From Pseudomonadota bacterium (GTDB taxonomy: Bacteria > Pseudomonadota > Gammaproteobacteria > Chromatiales > Chromatiaceae), in the NCBI GenBank assembly GCA_034716535.1, contig JAYEJW010000243.1, positions 6,243 through 70,242 of the forward strand: DNA of 64,000 nt, read 5' to 3'. The notes under the pieces are model-generated. The model saw only the letters and a program-made list of their open reading frames with translations, had not been told where the DNA came from and did no database searches. A program made the translations under genes and the position numbers. The number at the start of each line of letters is the position of its first letter. Positions within the stretch are counted from its first letter, which is position 1. Shown here piece by piece: positions 1 to 9,105 of the stretch.

Positions 1-1170
1 ACCCCGGAGGTCAGTCTGGAGCCCCCCCAGGCCCTGGTGCTGGAAGTTGCACATAGCCTGCGCTTGTTCGGGGGGGCGCAGGCCCTGCTGGAGCAGATAT
101 CCTCAGGGGTGAAGGGATTGGGCTATCGGGCCTGCTGCTGCCTGGCGCTCACGCCGGCTGGGGCACTGGCGTTGGCCGCCTGCGGTCAGGCCGGCGTGAT
201 TCCCGGTGCCGACGCCCTACGCGCGGCCCTGGCCCGGCTGCCGCTGGCCGCCCTCGGCCTCGACGAGCGGGAGCTCGCGGACCTGTGGCGCATGGGGTTG
301 CGCCGGATGGAGGATCTACTGCGCCTGCCGCGGGCCGGACTCGCCGAGCGTCTGGGGGTGGAGCGCATCCACCAATTAGAGCGGCTGTTGGGGGAGGCGC
401 CGGATCCGCGCCCCCGCTTCGAGCCGCCGGCCCGCTATCGGGGCCGTCTTGAGCTGCCAATGGAGGTGCCTGAGTCCGGCGCCCTGGTGTTCGCCTGTCG
501 GCGCCTGATCGACGAGCTTGCGGGATTTCTGCTGAGCCGTCAGGGCGGAGTACAGCGGTTGGAGTGGCGCTTCCACCATGAGGAGGAAGAGGACACCCGG
601 CTCACCCTCGGCGCCGCCCGACCCGAGCGGGACCCAAGCCGCTGGCTGGATCTGCTGCGGGAACGCCTGGACCGATTGCAGTTGCCGGCGCCGGTGCGCG
701 CCCTGAGCCTGGATGTCCGTGACCTGCAGCCTCTGCCTCCGGCCACCCTGCAGCTGTTTCCGGAGCTCGAGCGCCCGCGTACCCCCGATGCCCGCCTGCT
801 CGACCGCTTGCGGGCGCGGCTGGGTCAGGATGCCGTGCGCGGGCTCGCACTGGTGGCGGACCACCGCCCGGAGCGGGCCTGGTGCTGGTGTTCGCCTGGG
901 GAAGTGGGCTCAGGTGGGGGGCGGCGCCGCGACCGTCCCCTCTGGCTGTTGCTGGAGCCGGTGCCGCTTCAGACGCGCAACCGCCGCCCCTGGTGGGACG
1001 GCGAGCTCGATCTCGGCATGGAGAGAGAACGCATCGAGACCGGCTGGTGGGATGGTCACGAGGTGGCGCGAGACTACTTCGTCGCAACCACCCTCAAGGG
1101 CGAACGGCTATGGATCTTCCGGGAGCTCAAGGGCCGGCGGGGGTGGTACCTGCACGGGTTGTTCGGCTGA
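1..1170 (+). CDS. imuB: ImuB-like Y-family polymerase accessory protein, C-terminal part (5' end outside window)
   Basis: Frame 1 is open from nt 1; the track ORF 37..1170 only marks the first in-frame GTG. SLRLFGG lies near the start. The C-terminal block RPLWLLLEPVPL...ERIETGWWDG..VARDYFVATT..GERLWIFREL..RGWYLHGLFG is the ending I associate with ImuB of imuA-imuB-dnaE2 cassettes. Confidence 0.65.
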   Translation, partial: TPEVSLEPPQALVLEVAHSLRLFGGAQALLEQISSGVKGLGYRACCCLALTPAGALALAACGQAGVIPGADALRAALARLPLAALGLDERELADLWRMGLRRMEDLLRLPRAGLAERLGVERIHQLERLLGEAPDPRPRFEPPARYRGRLELPMEVPESGALVFACRRLIDELAGFLLSRQGGVQRLEWRFHHEEEEDTRLTLGAARPERDPSRWLDLLRERLDRLQLPAPVRALSLDVRDLQPLPPATLQLFPELERPRTPDARLLDRLRARLGQDAVRGLALVADHRPERAWCWCSPGEVGSGGGRRRDRPLWLLLEPVPLQTRNRRPWWDGELDLGMERERIETGWWDGHEVARDYFVATTLKGERLWIFRELKGRRGWYLHGLFG

Positions 1171-1292
1171 CTGGACCGGGTTGCATCACGGCTTCCACCG
1201 GGCTCCGACTCTTGCACCTGCGTTGGGGTGCATCTCGATGGTTGCCATTGCCGCCAAGTAACCCGTAGCAACGACAGCGGCTGTCCGTAACG

Positions 1293-2828
1293 TCAGGTGC
1301 GGTACTGGCCCAAATCCAGTCGGTACTTGGATAGTTTGAGGTAGATCGAACGACTGGTGAGTCTCATATTATTGGCGATTGCGCTCACATCACCGCGGTA
1401 ACGCCTTAGGGAATGCTCGAGGTATCTCATTTCTGCCTGCTCGATAAGCTGGCGTTTGTACTCTTGCCATTCCTGGGCGGGCGGTTCGGCAACATCGGCC
1501 AACGCGGTTTCCGCTTCGATCTCAACATTCAGGGCGATATTCTCAAGAATCTCACCGCTGGCAAACAGATAGCTTCGTTCCAGGACATTCTCCAGTTCCC
1601 GTACATTCCCCGGCCAGTCGTGGGCGCACAATTGCTGCATGACATTAGGGCTCACCGCGACAACCGGTTTTCCATACCGCATCCGCAGTTTCCCAAGGAT
1701 GTGCTCTACCAACCGCGGAATGGCCCCAGGGCTCTCGCGCAACGGTGGGATATGAAGGTTGACGACATTGATACGAAACAAGAGGTCATTCCGGAACTCA
1801 CCTCGCCGCACCGCTTCGCAAAGCGACTTATTGGTAGCAGCGATGATGCGGGCATTCGTTCGCAACACTTGGGTTCCACCGACGCGCTCGTATTTGCCTT
1901 CTTGCAGCACGCGTAGCAGGCGCCCTTGGGCCGATGGGGTGAGCGAGTCGATCTCATCGAGAAAGAGCGTGCCGTCTTGCGCACGCTCAAAATAACCTGC
2001 GCGCCTTTGAAAGGCGCCGGTGAAGGCCCCTTTCTCGTGACCGAACAAGGTACTGTCCACCAACTCCTCGGGAATGGCCCCACAGTTGACTGCGACGAAA
2101 TCTTCCTCGGCGCGACCACTGAGAGCGTGCAGCCGTCTGGCTACCAGCTCTTTGCCGACACCTGTCTCACCGGTGACGAGCACGGTGGCGGGCGTAGGAG
2201 CAACGATATCGATGGCAACCAGGAGGCGCTTGATAGCCGCCGAACAAGCCACGAGCTGAGGCAATTGCTCATGCGTACCCTGCCCCCCAGGAGCACCCCT
2301 GAATCCGGATTCGGAGATATCGCAGTATTCGACACCCGGGCGATTGCGTGCGGTATCCCGGTCCAGGTAGATCGCCAGCTCGCAGTGCCGGGCAATCCCC
2401 TTGCAGTGTCTGTTGATCGCGACCTTGGCGTAACCGAAATTGCGAGCCGCGATGTTACCGAGTATTTTGAAGCCGATTTCGCACAGGCCGGAGTCGAGCA
2501 GTTCCTGGTAGTCGGTCAGGGGACACTCGGTGTTCACCAGTCGCACCGCGCCATTCCCTGCGGACAGGACGCCGGATTTCGCACAGCCACCACAAGCGAC
2601 CCGATCGATCAGGCGAGCATATTCCTTCACCGTCATGGGCCGGTCGAGCAAGTCGGCATCAATACGATATGTTGCTTCCAAGCAGGCGCTGGCGTTCTGA
2701 TCTAGTTGTGACCATTCCGCCGGCCGCCTCCCTTTGCGAACCTTGGTGCAGGCATCCAACAACCCGATTACCATCTCGCGTGACGGCGCTTGGCTACGCC
2801 GCGGACGCAGTTCCGTTATGGTATCCAT
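1293..2828 (-). CDS. Sigma-54-dependent transcriptional activator with Cys-rich V4R-like N-terminal sensor
   Basis: 511 aa. AAA+ RpoN-interaction module: Walker A GETGVGKE and the GAFTGA loop (HEKGAFTGAF). C-terminal Fis-type HTH (VSAIANNMRLTSRSIYLKLSKY). The N-terminal ~190 aa ends in CEIGFKILGNIAARNFGYAKVAINRHCKGIARHCELAIYL, which fits the C..G..G....C..G...C pattern of V4R effector domains in XylR/DmpR-class activators. A purine-rich SD-like tract (AAGGGGAGGA) lies just upstream of the ATG. Confidence 0.85.
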   Translation of the reverse strand: MDTITELRPRRSQAPSREMVIGLLDACTKVRKGRRPAEWSQLDQNASACLEATYRIDADLLDRPMTVKEYARLIDRVACGGCAKSGVLSAGNGAVRLVNTECPLTDYQELLDSGLCEIGFKILGNIAARNFGYAKVAINRHCKGIARHCELAIYLDRDTARNRPGVEYCDISESGFRGAPGGQGTHEQLPQLVACSAAIKRLLVAIDIVAPTPATVLVTGETGVGKELVARRLHALSGRAEEDFVAVNCGAIPEELVDSTLFGHEKGAFTGAFQRRAGYFERAQDGTLFLDEIDSLTPSAQGRLLRVLQEGKYERVGGTQVLRTNARIIAATNKSLCEAVRRGEFRNDLLFRINVVNLHIPPLRESPGAIPRLVEHILGKLRMRYGKPVVAVSPNVMQQLCAHDWPGNVRELENVLERSYLFASGEILENIALNVEIEAETALADVAEPPAQEWQEYKRQLIEQAEMRYLEHSLRRYRGDVSAIANNMRLTSRSIYLKLSKYRLDLGQYRT

Positions 2829-2896
2829 GATCCTCCCCTTGACAGGATCTGGCTGGCACTAGCTGGCGCGCCTGACACGCGGCTGCGAGCAGCCTG

Positions 2897-2933
2897 TTGT
2901 ATTATAAAATTATTATATTTAGATTTAGAAAAA
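2897..2933 (-). promoter_or_regulatory. AT-rich island with two TATAAT hexamers (minus strand); candidate sigma-70 promoter of the activator gene
   Basis: A 37-nt tract of about 90% A+T (ttgtattataaaattattatatttagatttagaaaaa) in an otherwise GC-rich region, 70-105 nt upstream of the activator ATG. On the minus strand TATAAT occurs at 2901-2906 and 2912-2917. No convincing -35 element. Confidence 0.3.
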
Positions 2934-3138
2934 CCCCCGTACTCTTGTCTTTTTTTCTAAGCGTACGCTCGGCGGGTGTTCCCAATGGGGAGTATCGAAC
3001 AACTATCTGAGTGAATCAAGCAGGTATTTCTTGGCGTTGGTGGTACGAACGTACAGGTTGTCGTAAGAACAGACCTTGGCGGTGATCAATCCGGCTGGTA
3101 GCCGAAGCCGAAAGCCACCGGCTTGGCCGGTGAAGTAT

Positions 3139-3855
3139 TCACGACACCGCATCCGCCGGAGGCGTTTCCTCGAGGCTGCCGTTCAGGTAGTCGAGCTCCA
3201 GGGGCGCTATCTGCGTCAACAGCTTGCCCAGCCAGATGTAGAATGGAGTCGGGCAGCTTGCCTCCAGCCGAGCGCCGAACGCCGGTAGCCACCCGACGAG
3301 GTGGCGCTCTAGAAAGTCTCGCTGGGCGAGGAGGTAGCCGTGCAGAAGCTCTCCTTCCTGCTCGTCCCGGGCCTGTGCCTCCTTGAACGCAAGGAAGTGG
3401 AGAAACTGCAACTCCACACAGAGGTGGTCCGGGAGCTCCCGCTTGCCCTCCTCCGGGTTCACCTTCAGGCCAAAGTGTTTGTAAAACTCGCTTAGCCGGA
3501 TCATGTGCCCTGTTCTCTCGACGCCCTTCAGATAGATGCCTTCATAGGGAGGGCAGGGAGGCTCCGGGGCACCGACATCGAAGGTTCCCGTATAGGCCGC
3601 CTGAAAATCCTCGATTCGAACCTTCTCCAGGTCGCGCTGAACCTTGTCCTTGTGACCCGCCTGTTCGTCCACCAGGCTCTGGAGGTGCGGGAGCAGGGAC
3701 AGTTTGTCCCAGAGCTCTGACAGGAAATCCCCGTTCTGATACCGTGCAAAAAGCTCAGGTGTCGGATACCTGAATGATTGAGACAACAAGCTGTAAACCG
3801 CACTCCTGACGGTTGGGTCGGCAGTCATCATGGGTGATGTTGGCAGGTCACTCAT
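3139..3855 (-). CDS. TorD/NarJ-family redox-enzyme maturation chaperone (delta subunit) of the adjacent molybdoenzyme
   Basis: 238 aa, no signal peptide. The N-terminal VYSLLSQSFRYPTPELF and later AAYTGTFDVGAPEPPCPPYEGIYL resemble the TorD/NarJ/EbdD family core. It is the last gene of the alpha-beta-gamma-delta string. Confidence 0.7.
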   Translation of the reverse strand: MSDLPTSPMMTADPTVRSAVYSLLSQSFRYPTPELFARYQNGDFLSELWDKLSLLPHLQSLVDEQAGHKDKVQRDLEKVRIEDFQAAYTGTFDVGAPEPPCPPYEGIYLKGVERTGHMIRLSEFYKHFGLKVNPEEGKRELPDHLCVELQFLHFLAFKEAQARDEQEGELLHGYLLAQRDFLERHLVGWLPAFGARLEASCPTPFYIWLGKLLTQIAPLELDYLNGSLEETPPADAVS

Positions 3856-3961
3856 TTTTATTCCTCTTTCCGTCTGACTTCAGGTTGAGTATAAGCGTCC
3901 GGCTGGCTTGCAGCCGGACGCTCTCGTACCTGCGATAACGTGCCAGGCAGTCAGTCCTGGG

Positions 3962-4882
3962 TCATGGTGCAATGATCAGGGTGCCGAACAATCCGATGAA
4001 CTTACTGCCGTTTCGCTCGTCCCTGTCACCGTCCCAGTTTGCCCAAACCGTTGCATAGGTTCCACCCGCCTCAAGAGTGACCATGTATCCGCCAGGCCCG
4101 ACGTCGGTGGCGTCGGGGTGAGCCGGGTCAGGGTTAGGCGGGCCAACCATGGCCCGCCCCATGATCACCGTCCACCGGTCGTTGCTCCACTCCTGGGCGG
4201 CATGAAACAGGGTCGGGTCATCGGTTTCATCGGTTTCCAGGGTGGTGCCTGCGCCATTGGTGACGATGTTCTCGACCTCGACCTTATCAGGCCGCCAGAA
4301 ATGGAGATTCACTGGGCAGCACCTGGCAAAATCGAAGCCTGGCTCGCCGGGCAGAAGACCATGCTCATCACGCCCATCGCAGCGCATCCCCATGTGGATC
4401 ATGGGCTCACTCGTCTCACCGGGGACACAGCCTGGATAGTCGGATTCCGGGTAGGGAATCATGAGCGCGAGGGCATCGAAGAAACGCGGCACATCCCTCG
4501 CGTTCTCGTCGAACGTCTCATCCTCAAATTCCACCCGGAAGAGTATCTCCCCGCCGTCGTGAATCGATTTGATGGACAGGTGCCGTACCGCTTCAGGATT
4601 TACCTTGGCCCAGTCATCGAACGAGTCCTTGGCATTCGCGCTGGCGAAAACAATATACTCCAGCGGCACGTCGGTCGCCGTCGCCGATGTCCAATCCGGG
4701 TGTGACGGGTTATTCGCCGGCCCAGTGGGATCGGCAAAAGTAAAGCTCCCCACACGCACGGCGTTGACCTGATAGGTATCCGTATCGGTCGGGAAACCAC
4801 TGCCTGTCGTAGGTATGAGCAGGGCTGGGAGGACCAGGCTCAGTGTCAGCGCCTTTGCGATCTTCATAGAGACTCTTTTCAT
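3962..4882 (-). CDS. Gamma subunit, EB_dh-type heme-b protein of a type II DMSO-reductase-family enzyme (Sec signal peptide)
   Basis: 306 aa. Signal peptide MKIAKALTLSLVLPALLIP. It lies 15 nt after the beta subunit gene. Candidate heme-ligand contexts are DALALMIPYP (Met) and ERNGSKFIGLFG (Lys), comparable to EbdC/SerC/DdhC as I recall them. The start could be M1 or M6. Confidence 0.65.
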   Translation of the reverse strand: MKRVSMKIAKALTLSLVLPALLIPTTGSGFPTDTDTYQVNAVRVGSFTFADPTGPANNPSHPDWTSATATDVPLEYIVFASANAKDSFDDWAKVNPEAVRHLSIKSIHDGGEILFRVEFEDETFDENARDVPRFFDALALMIPYPESDYPGCVPGETSEPMIHMGMRCDGRDEHGLLPGEPGFDFARCCPVNLHFWRPDKVEVENIVTNGAGTTLETDETDDPTLFHAAQEWSNDRWTVIMGRAMVGPPNPDPAHPDATDVGPGGYMVTLEAGGTYATVWANWDGDRDERNGSKFIGLFGTLIIAP

Positions 4883-4896
4883 GGTTTACCCCTCCG

Positions 4897-6105
4897 TTAT
4901 CCCAAGTACAGTTGCAGCCGATCGGACTCTTCGCGTGCCACGAGGATGTCTACCAGCGCGGATGATCCGCCGTTCGCCACCTTGGCCCGCTCAGTCTCCA
5001 AGATCCTGAAGATCTCTTTGATCCTCCTCATGCGTTGGCGAAGTGTCTGGTTCGCGTCGTCGCCGAACATTTTCGCCAGCAACTTGATCGGAATACGCTG
5101 GCTATTGGGTACCAGCCGGCCATTTCGCCGAAACCCGGGTGGGCTCAGCGGTGGGATGTAGAAGAGGTTCGGCGCCGTGCCGAACTCGGGGTGCAAGCGC
5201 AGCGCGACCCCCCAAACGTCGACCAGTTGGTTGACGTTTTTCGCCAGGTTCTCCGCCGCGTTCGGGCCCAGGTCGGGATCGTAGAACCCCGCGAAGCGGA
5301 TGCGGCCGACGCACTGGTTAAAGCAGAAGTTTTCCCGCGGTGGTTGGAGGTTGTCGGGACCCGTATCCTGCTCGATCCTCGGGTAGCAGAAGATACACTT
5401 CTGCGACTTCTTCTTGGCCGCATTGTAGTAAACCTTCTTATACGGGCAGGCCGCGACGCAGCGGCGGTAACCTTCGCAGCGGTCCTGGTCGATCAGGACG
5501 ACTCCATCCTCTTCCCGCTTGTATATCGCGTTCTTGGGGCATGCGGCCAAGCACGCGGGTTTGGTGCAGTGGTTGCAGAGTCGAGGCAGGTAGAAGTAGT
5601 GGGTATTGGGGTACTTGCCGGCCCCGACATCTTCATCCCAGTTACTCGAATAGGCATCGGGGCCGTCGGGCGACGGAATCGGAACCATCTGGCTCTCTGT
5701 CGCCGCGAAGGTATCACCGACCGGAAATGTCCCAGGGGGCTCATCCACAGCGGAGCTTCCAAGCACCTCATCATAATTGTATTCCCAGGGAGCGCCATAA
5801 TCCTCAACGATGCCGGGGAGTGGGCCGAGCGGATCGACCCTCCAATCGTCGGGGTCTGTGGGGTTTGTGAACCCCCCGCCCAGTTCAGGAGTAAATACGC
5901 CTCTGGGATAGCCCCTGCCGGGCATGGTTTCGACATTGTTCCAGTACTGATACAACAGCCCTTCGGGGTTGTCGGGGAGGTTCTCCAGCGGAATATCGAT
6001 TCTGCCGTCCGTCCACTGGGTCTTGCATGCCATGGTGCAGGTATGACACCCAATGCACTTGTTGAGGTCGAATACCATTCGAACCTGTTTTTCAATTGTG
6101 GCCAT
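4897..6105 (-). CDS. Beta subunit, four-cluster Fe-S protein (NarH/EbdB/SerB-like)
   Basis: 402 aa. Cys clusters: CIGCHTCTMAC, CNHCTKPACLAACP, CEGYRRCVAACP, CIFCYPRIE...CFNQCVGRIRF. The C-terminal region LHPEFGTAPNLFYIPPLSPPGF parallels NarH/EbdB. Confidence 0.9.
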   Translation of the reverse strand: MATIEKQVRMVFDLNKCIGCHTCTMACKTQWTDGRIDIPLENLPDNPEGLLYQYWNNVETMPGRGYPRGVFTPELGGGFTNPTDPDDWRVDPLGPLPGIVEDYGAPWEYNYDEVLGSSAVDEPPGTFPVGDTFAATESQMVPIPSPDGPDAYSSNWDEDVGAGKYPNTHYFYLPRLCNHCTKPACLAACPKNAIYKREEDGVVLIDQDRCEGYRRCVAACPYKKVYYNAAKKKSQKCIFCYPRIEQDTGPDNLQPPRENFCFNQCVGRIRFAGFYDPDLGPNAAENLAKNVNQLVDVWGVALRLHPEFGTAPNLFYIPPLSPPGFRRNGRLVPNSQRIPIKLLAKMFGDDANQTLRQRMRRIKEIFRILETERAKVANGGSSALVDILVAREESDRLQLYLG

Positions 6106-6168
6106 ATCGTTCTCCTAGCTCTTTAACATTTGGTTGAACCGAGATGTTGACTCGCTAAGGCCTTATGC

Positions 6169-9051
6169 TTAAACCTTGCGGACGTCCACCCGAGTATCCT
6201 TCTGGTTTCCCGTAGGACCCCAGTAGTTCAACCGGAATGTGAGCTGTCCGTACTTACCGGCGAGCTGGGTCGGGTTGATGCGGACATGGGTCGGCGCCTG
6301 CCATCCCGTATTGGACTGGTAGCGCTCCCAGCCGTGGTACATCAACGCCATCCCCTCCGGTACTCGTGGCGCAATATTCAGATGCACCTGGACGGCTCCA
6401 TGATCATTGAAGACCTCGACGAGCTCGTTGTCCCGCATGCCGCGGCGTTCCGCTTCCTTGGGGTTCAGATAGACCACTGTCCGGCCGCGTTGCAGTCTTA
6501 GCTGGAACTTGGCATCGCGCCAGGTGGAATGGATGGACCAGCGGCCGTGCGGCGTACTCCAGCGCAGCGGATAGGGGTCGGCATCCACCGTACCCTTGTA
6601 CGTCGGCAATTCCTCGCCAAACTCATTCAGATACCAATCGTGATCGATGTAGAACTGCTGGCGGCCAGTCATGGTCCCTATGGGCTCGAGCTCGTCAAAC
6701 ATTCTCCCGTGGGTGTGATAGGCCACGCCCTCCTGCAGGCTGGTGGTCCAGGCCTCGCTGGTCGCTCCGAAACGGTAGGGTTGCTTAATGATTGAACCTG
6801 CGGGTTGCGCATTCAGGTGGGCGTCATCCACGAACCTGTGCTCTCCGTCGAGGGTCATTGCAATACCGCCTTCGGAACCATTGGTCTCGACGGCATTGTC
6901 CAGGATGAACTGGCACGCATCCTTGTCGTCTCCAACATCGCCCCCCTCGACGTTCAAGGTATCGAAGTCGTCCAGGAGGCTGCTGAAATCCCTCGTAATG
7001 GTTGTGCCGTTCGGCACCTGGTCGTCAAACACGAACCCGGTGGCCGCGAGCGCATCGGCCAGGGAGCGCCAGATCTGCCAGTCGCTTCTGCTCTCGTGCA
7101 GGGTGTCGATGACGGGCGTGAACGGAATGGCGTAGGTGTGCAGGTCCGTGGTGTTGAGGTCCCACTTTTCCATCATGCTGGCCGCAGGGAGCACAATATC
7201 GGCAAAGGTCGCCGTGGTATCCATGCGCAGATTGACGTCAACGATCAGATCAATCTTCGGCAGGAGGTTGTTTACCAGATCATTCCAACCCTTGGCCTGA
7301 TTGATATAGTTGGCGCCCCAGACGAACAGGACCTTGGGCACTCTGCCGTTGTTGAGGGTGCCTTCGGGCCACAGCGGCATCCAGCCCTTGCCGACACTCT
7401 CTTTGATGTACTCATTGATGGATCGCGGATAGAGATTGTCGACATCGGATTCGGCCTCGCCGTGGACATAGGTCCACAGGGTCGTGTTCTGGAAGCGCTG
7501 GGCAGGACGGCCATGGGGGAAGGCGAGGTGGAACCACGCCTCCTCCGGCCAGATCTTCTCCTGGCCGACATAGTGGTCGAAACCGGTACCCGGCTTGCCG
7601 ACGTTCCCGGTCAGGGCCAGCAGGAGGATCTGGGCGCGGTTGGTAAGGTCGTTGTGGAAATAGTGGTTCGTCCCTGCGCCTTCGATGATCCGGGCCGCCT
7701 CTGCTGTTGCAAACTCTTCCGCCATCTGGACGATCAGTTGCGCGTCCAGATTCGTGATGCTGGCGACTTCGCTAATCGTAAAGGGTGCCAGTTTCTCGAC
7801 GAGCCGTGAGAAGACGGTGGTGACCTCTGTACTCGTGGGCATGTCGTTGCCGGGCCAAACGGTGAAGGTCCCTTCCAGTGCCGGATCGATTGCTCCCAGA
7901 GCCAGGGTTTGGTTGGGACTTCCCAGGGTTCCGGGGGCCTCCACTGGCCCGCCCGTGTTGATGTCCCACAGGTAGTAGGTATTAAACCCGACTGGATTCA
8001 CAGGACTGCCATCCGCGTTCAGTCGGTCATCCTTGCGCAGGAACTTCCCGGTATCGGTTCGGACCAGGAAGGGCATGTCGGTGAAGTGCTTTATGTAGTC
8101 GATATCATGCAGGCCGTTGTCGATGGCGTATTTGGCCATGCCGAGGCACAGGGCGGCGTCCGTGCCCGGCGCGATGGGCGCAAAGATATCGGCGTGGATC
8201 GCGGTCGGGTTATAGTCCGGGAAGACCGCGATGCTGCGGGTCCCTCGCATGCGTCCCTCGGTGTAGTAGTGGGCATCGGGGATACGGGTCTCGAGCAGGT
8301 TTGCCCCCATCAGCATGATCAAGGTCGAGTTCACCCAGTCTGCGGACTCGCAGGCATCGGTCTGAATCGCCCAGGTCTGCGGTTGGCCCGGAGGCAGGTC
8401 GCAGTACCAGTCATAGAAACTACAGGCCACGCCGCCGATCAGGTTGGCCAACCGAAAACCGCCTGCCACGGTAATATGGTGCTTGGCAGGGATGGCGGCA
8501 AAGAAGGTGACAGCATCCGGGCTGTAAGGCATCTCAGAACCGGCATTGTCCATCCATGGCGTGTCAATGGTATCTACTATCTTATTGGCGATATGGCTGA
8601 GGGCCTCTTCCCAGGTCACTCTTACCCACTTCCCTTCACCGCGCGCCGTGCCCGGTTGTCGCATCAGGGGATACTTGGTCCGCTGGGGCCCGTACACGTA
8701 TTCCTTGTGGTTTGCGCCCTTCTGACAGCCCCTTGGGTTGTAGACGGGCAGCACATTGTTGATCTCCGGATAATCCGCAAACTGCTCCTCCTTGAAGACG
8801 ACATTGTTCTTGACGTACGCCTTCCAGGTACAGGAACCGGTGCAGTTTACCGAGTGCGCCATACGGCCGAAGTAGTCAAAGGTCCATTGCTCCCGGTAGA
8901 AGTCCTCCCAACTCCTATAGGGATAAGCCCCCATCGGGTCCAAGACGGGGAGCAAGAGATCGAGTGCCAAGAGATCTTTGGCAGCGAGGACCCCTGCTGC
9001 AGCCGCTGCGGTCTGCAAAAATTGACGTCGGGTAATTTCTTTCATAGCCAT
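6169..9051 (-). CDS. Alpha (molybdopterin) subunit of a Tat-exported type II (Nar-like, Asp-ligated) DMSO reductase family enzyme; substrate unknown
   Basis: 960 aa. Twin-arginine signal EITRRQFLQTAAAAAGVLAA. FS0 motif HSVNCTGSCTWKAYVKN...RGCQKG. A NarG-type block SFYDWYCDLPPGQPQTWAIQTDACESADW contains the Asp Mo ligand. SD GAGGAGGAG lies 5 nt upstream of the ATG. Confidence 0.9.
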   Translation of the reverse strand: MAMKEITRRQFLQTAAAAAGVLAAKDLLALDLLLPVLDPMGAYPYRSWEDFYREQWTFDYFGRMAHSVNCTGSCTWKAYVKNNVVFKEEQFADYPEINNVLPVYNPRGCQKGANHKEYVYGPQRTKYPLMRQPGTARGEGKWVRVTWEEALSHIANKIVDTIDTPWMDNAGSEMPYSPDAVTFFAAIPAKHHITVAGGFRLANLIGGVACSFYDWYCDLPPGQPQTWAIQTDACESADWVNSTLIMLMGANLLETRIPDAHYYTEGRMRGTRSIAVFPDYNPTAIHADIFAPIAPGTDAALCLGMAKYAIDNGLHDIDYIKHFTDMPFLVRTDTGKFLRKDDRLNADGSPVNPVGFNTYYLWDINTGGPVEAPGTLGSPNQTLALGAIDPALEGTFTVWPGNDMPTSTEVTTVFSRLVEKLAPFTISEVASITNLDAQLIVQMAEEFATAEAARIIEGAGTNHYFHNDLTNRAQILLLALTGNVGKPGTGFDHYVGQEKIWPEEAWFHLAFPHGRPAQRFQNTTLWTYVHGEAESDVDNLYPRSINEYIKESVGKGWMPLWPEGTLNNGRVPKVLFVWGANYINQAKGWNDLVNNLLPKIDLIVDVNLRMDTTATFADIVLPAASMMEKWDLNTTDLHTYAIPFTPVIDTLHESRSDWQIWRSLADALAATGFVFDDQVPNGTTITRDFSSLLDDFDTLNVEGGDVGDDKDACQFILDNAVETNGSEGGIAMTLDGEHRFVDDAHLNAQPAGSIIKQPYRFGATSEAWTTSLQEGVAYHTHGRMFDELEPIGTMTGRQQFYIDHDWYLNEFGEELPTYKGTVDADPYPLRWSTPHGRWSIHSTWRDAKFQLRLQRGRTVVYLNPKEAERRGMRDNELVEVFNDHGAVQVHLNIAPRVPEGMALMYHGWERYQSNTGWQAPTHVRINPTQLAGKYGQLTFRLNYWGPTGNQKDTRVDVRKV

Positions 9052-9105
9052 GTCGTCTCCTCCTCGTTGTCAGGGCTTCGCGAGCCCTTTCTCAAGAAAG
9101 TGCCC

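Noticed and set aside
2854-2868. TGGCAC-N5-GGCG on the plus strand near the activator start
   Set aside because: It has a -24-like half only. The -12 element is GGCG rather than TTGC, and the orientation points antisense into the chaperone gene, so it is unlikely to be a functional RpoN promoter.
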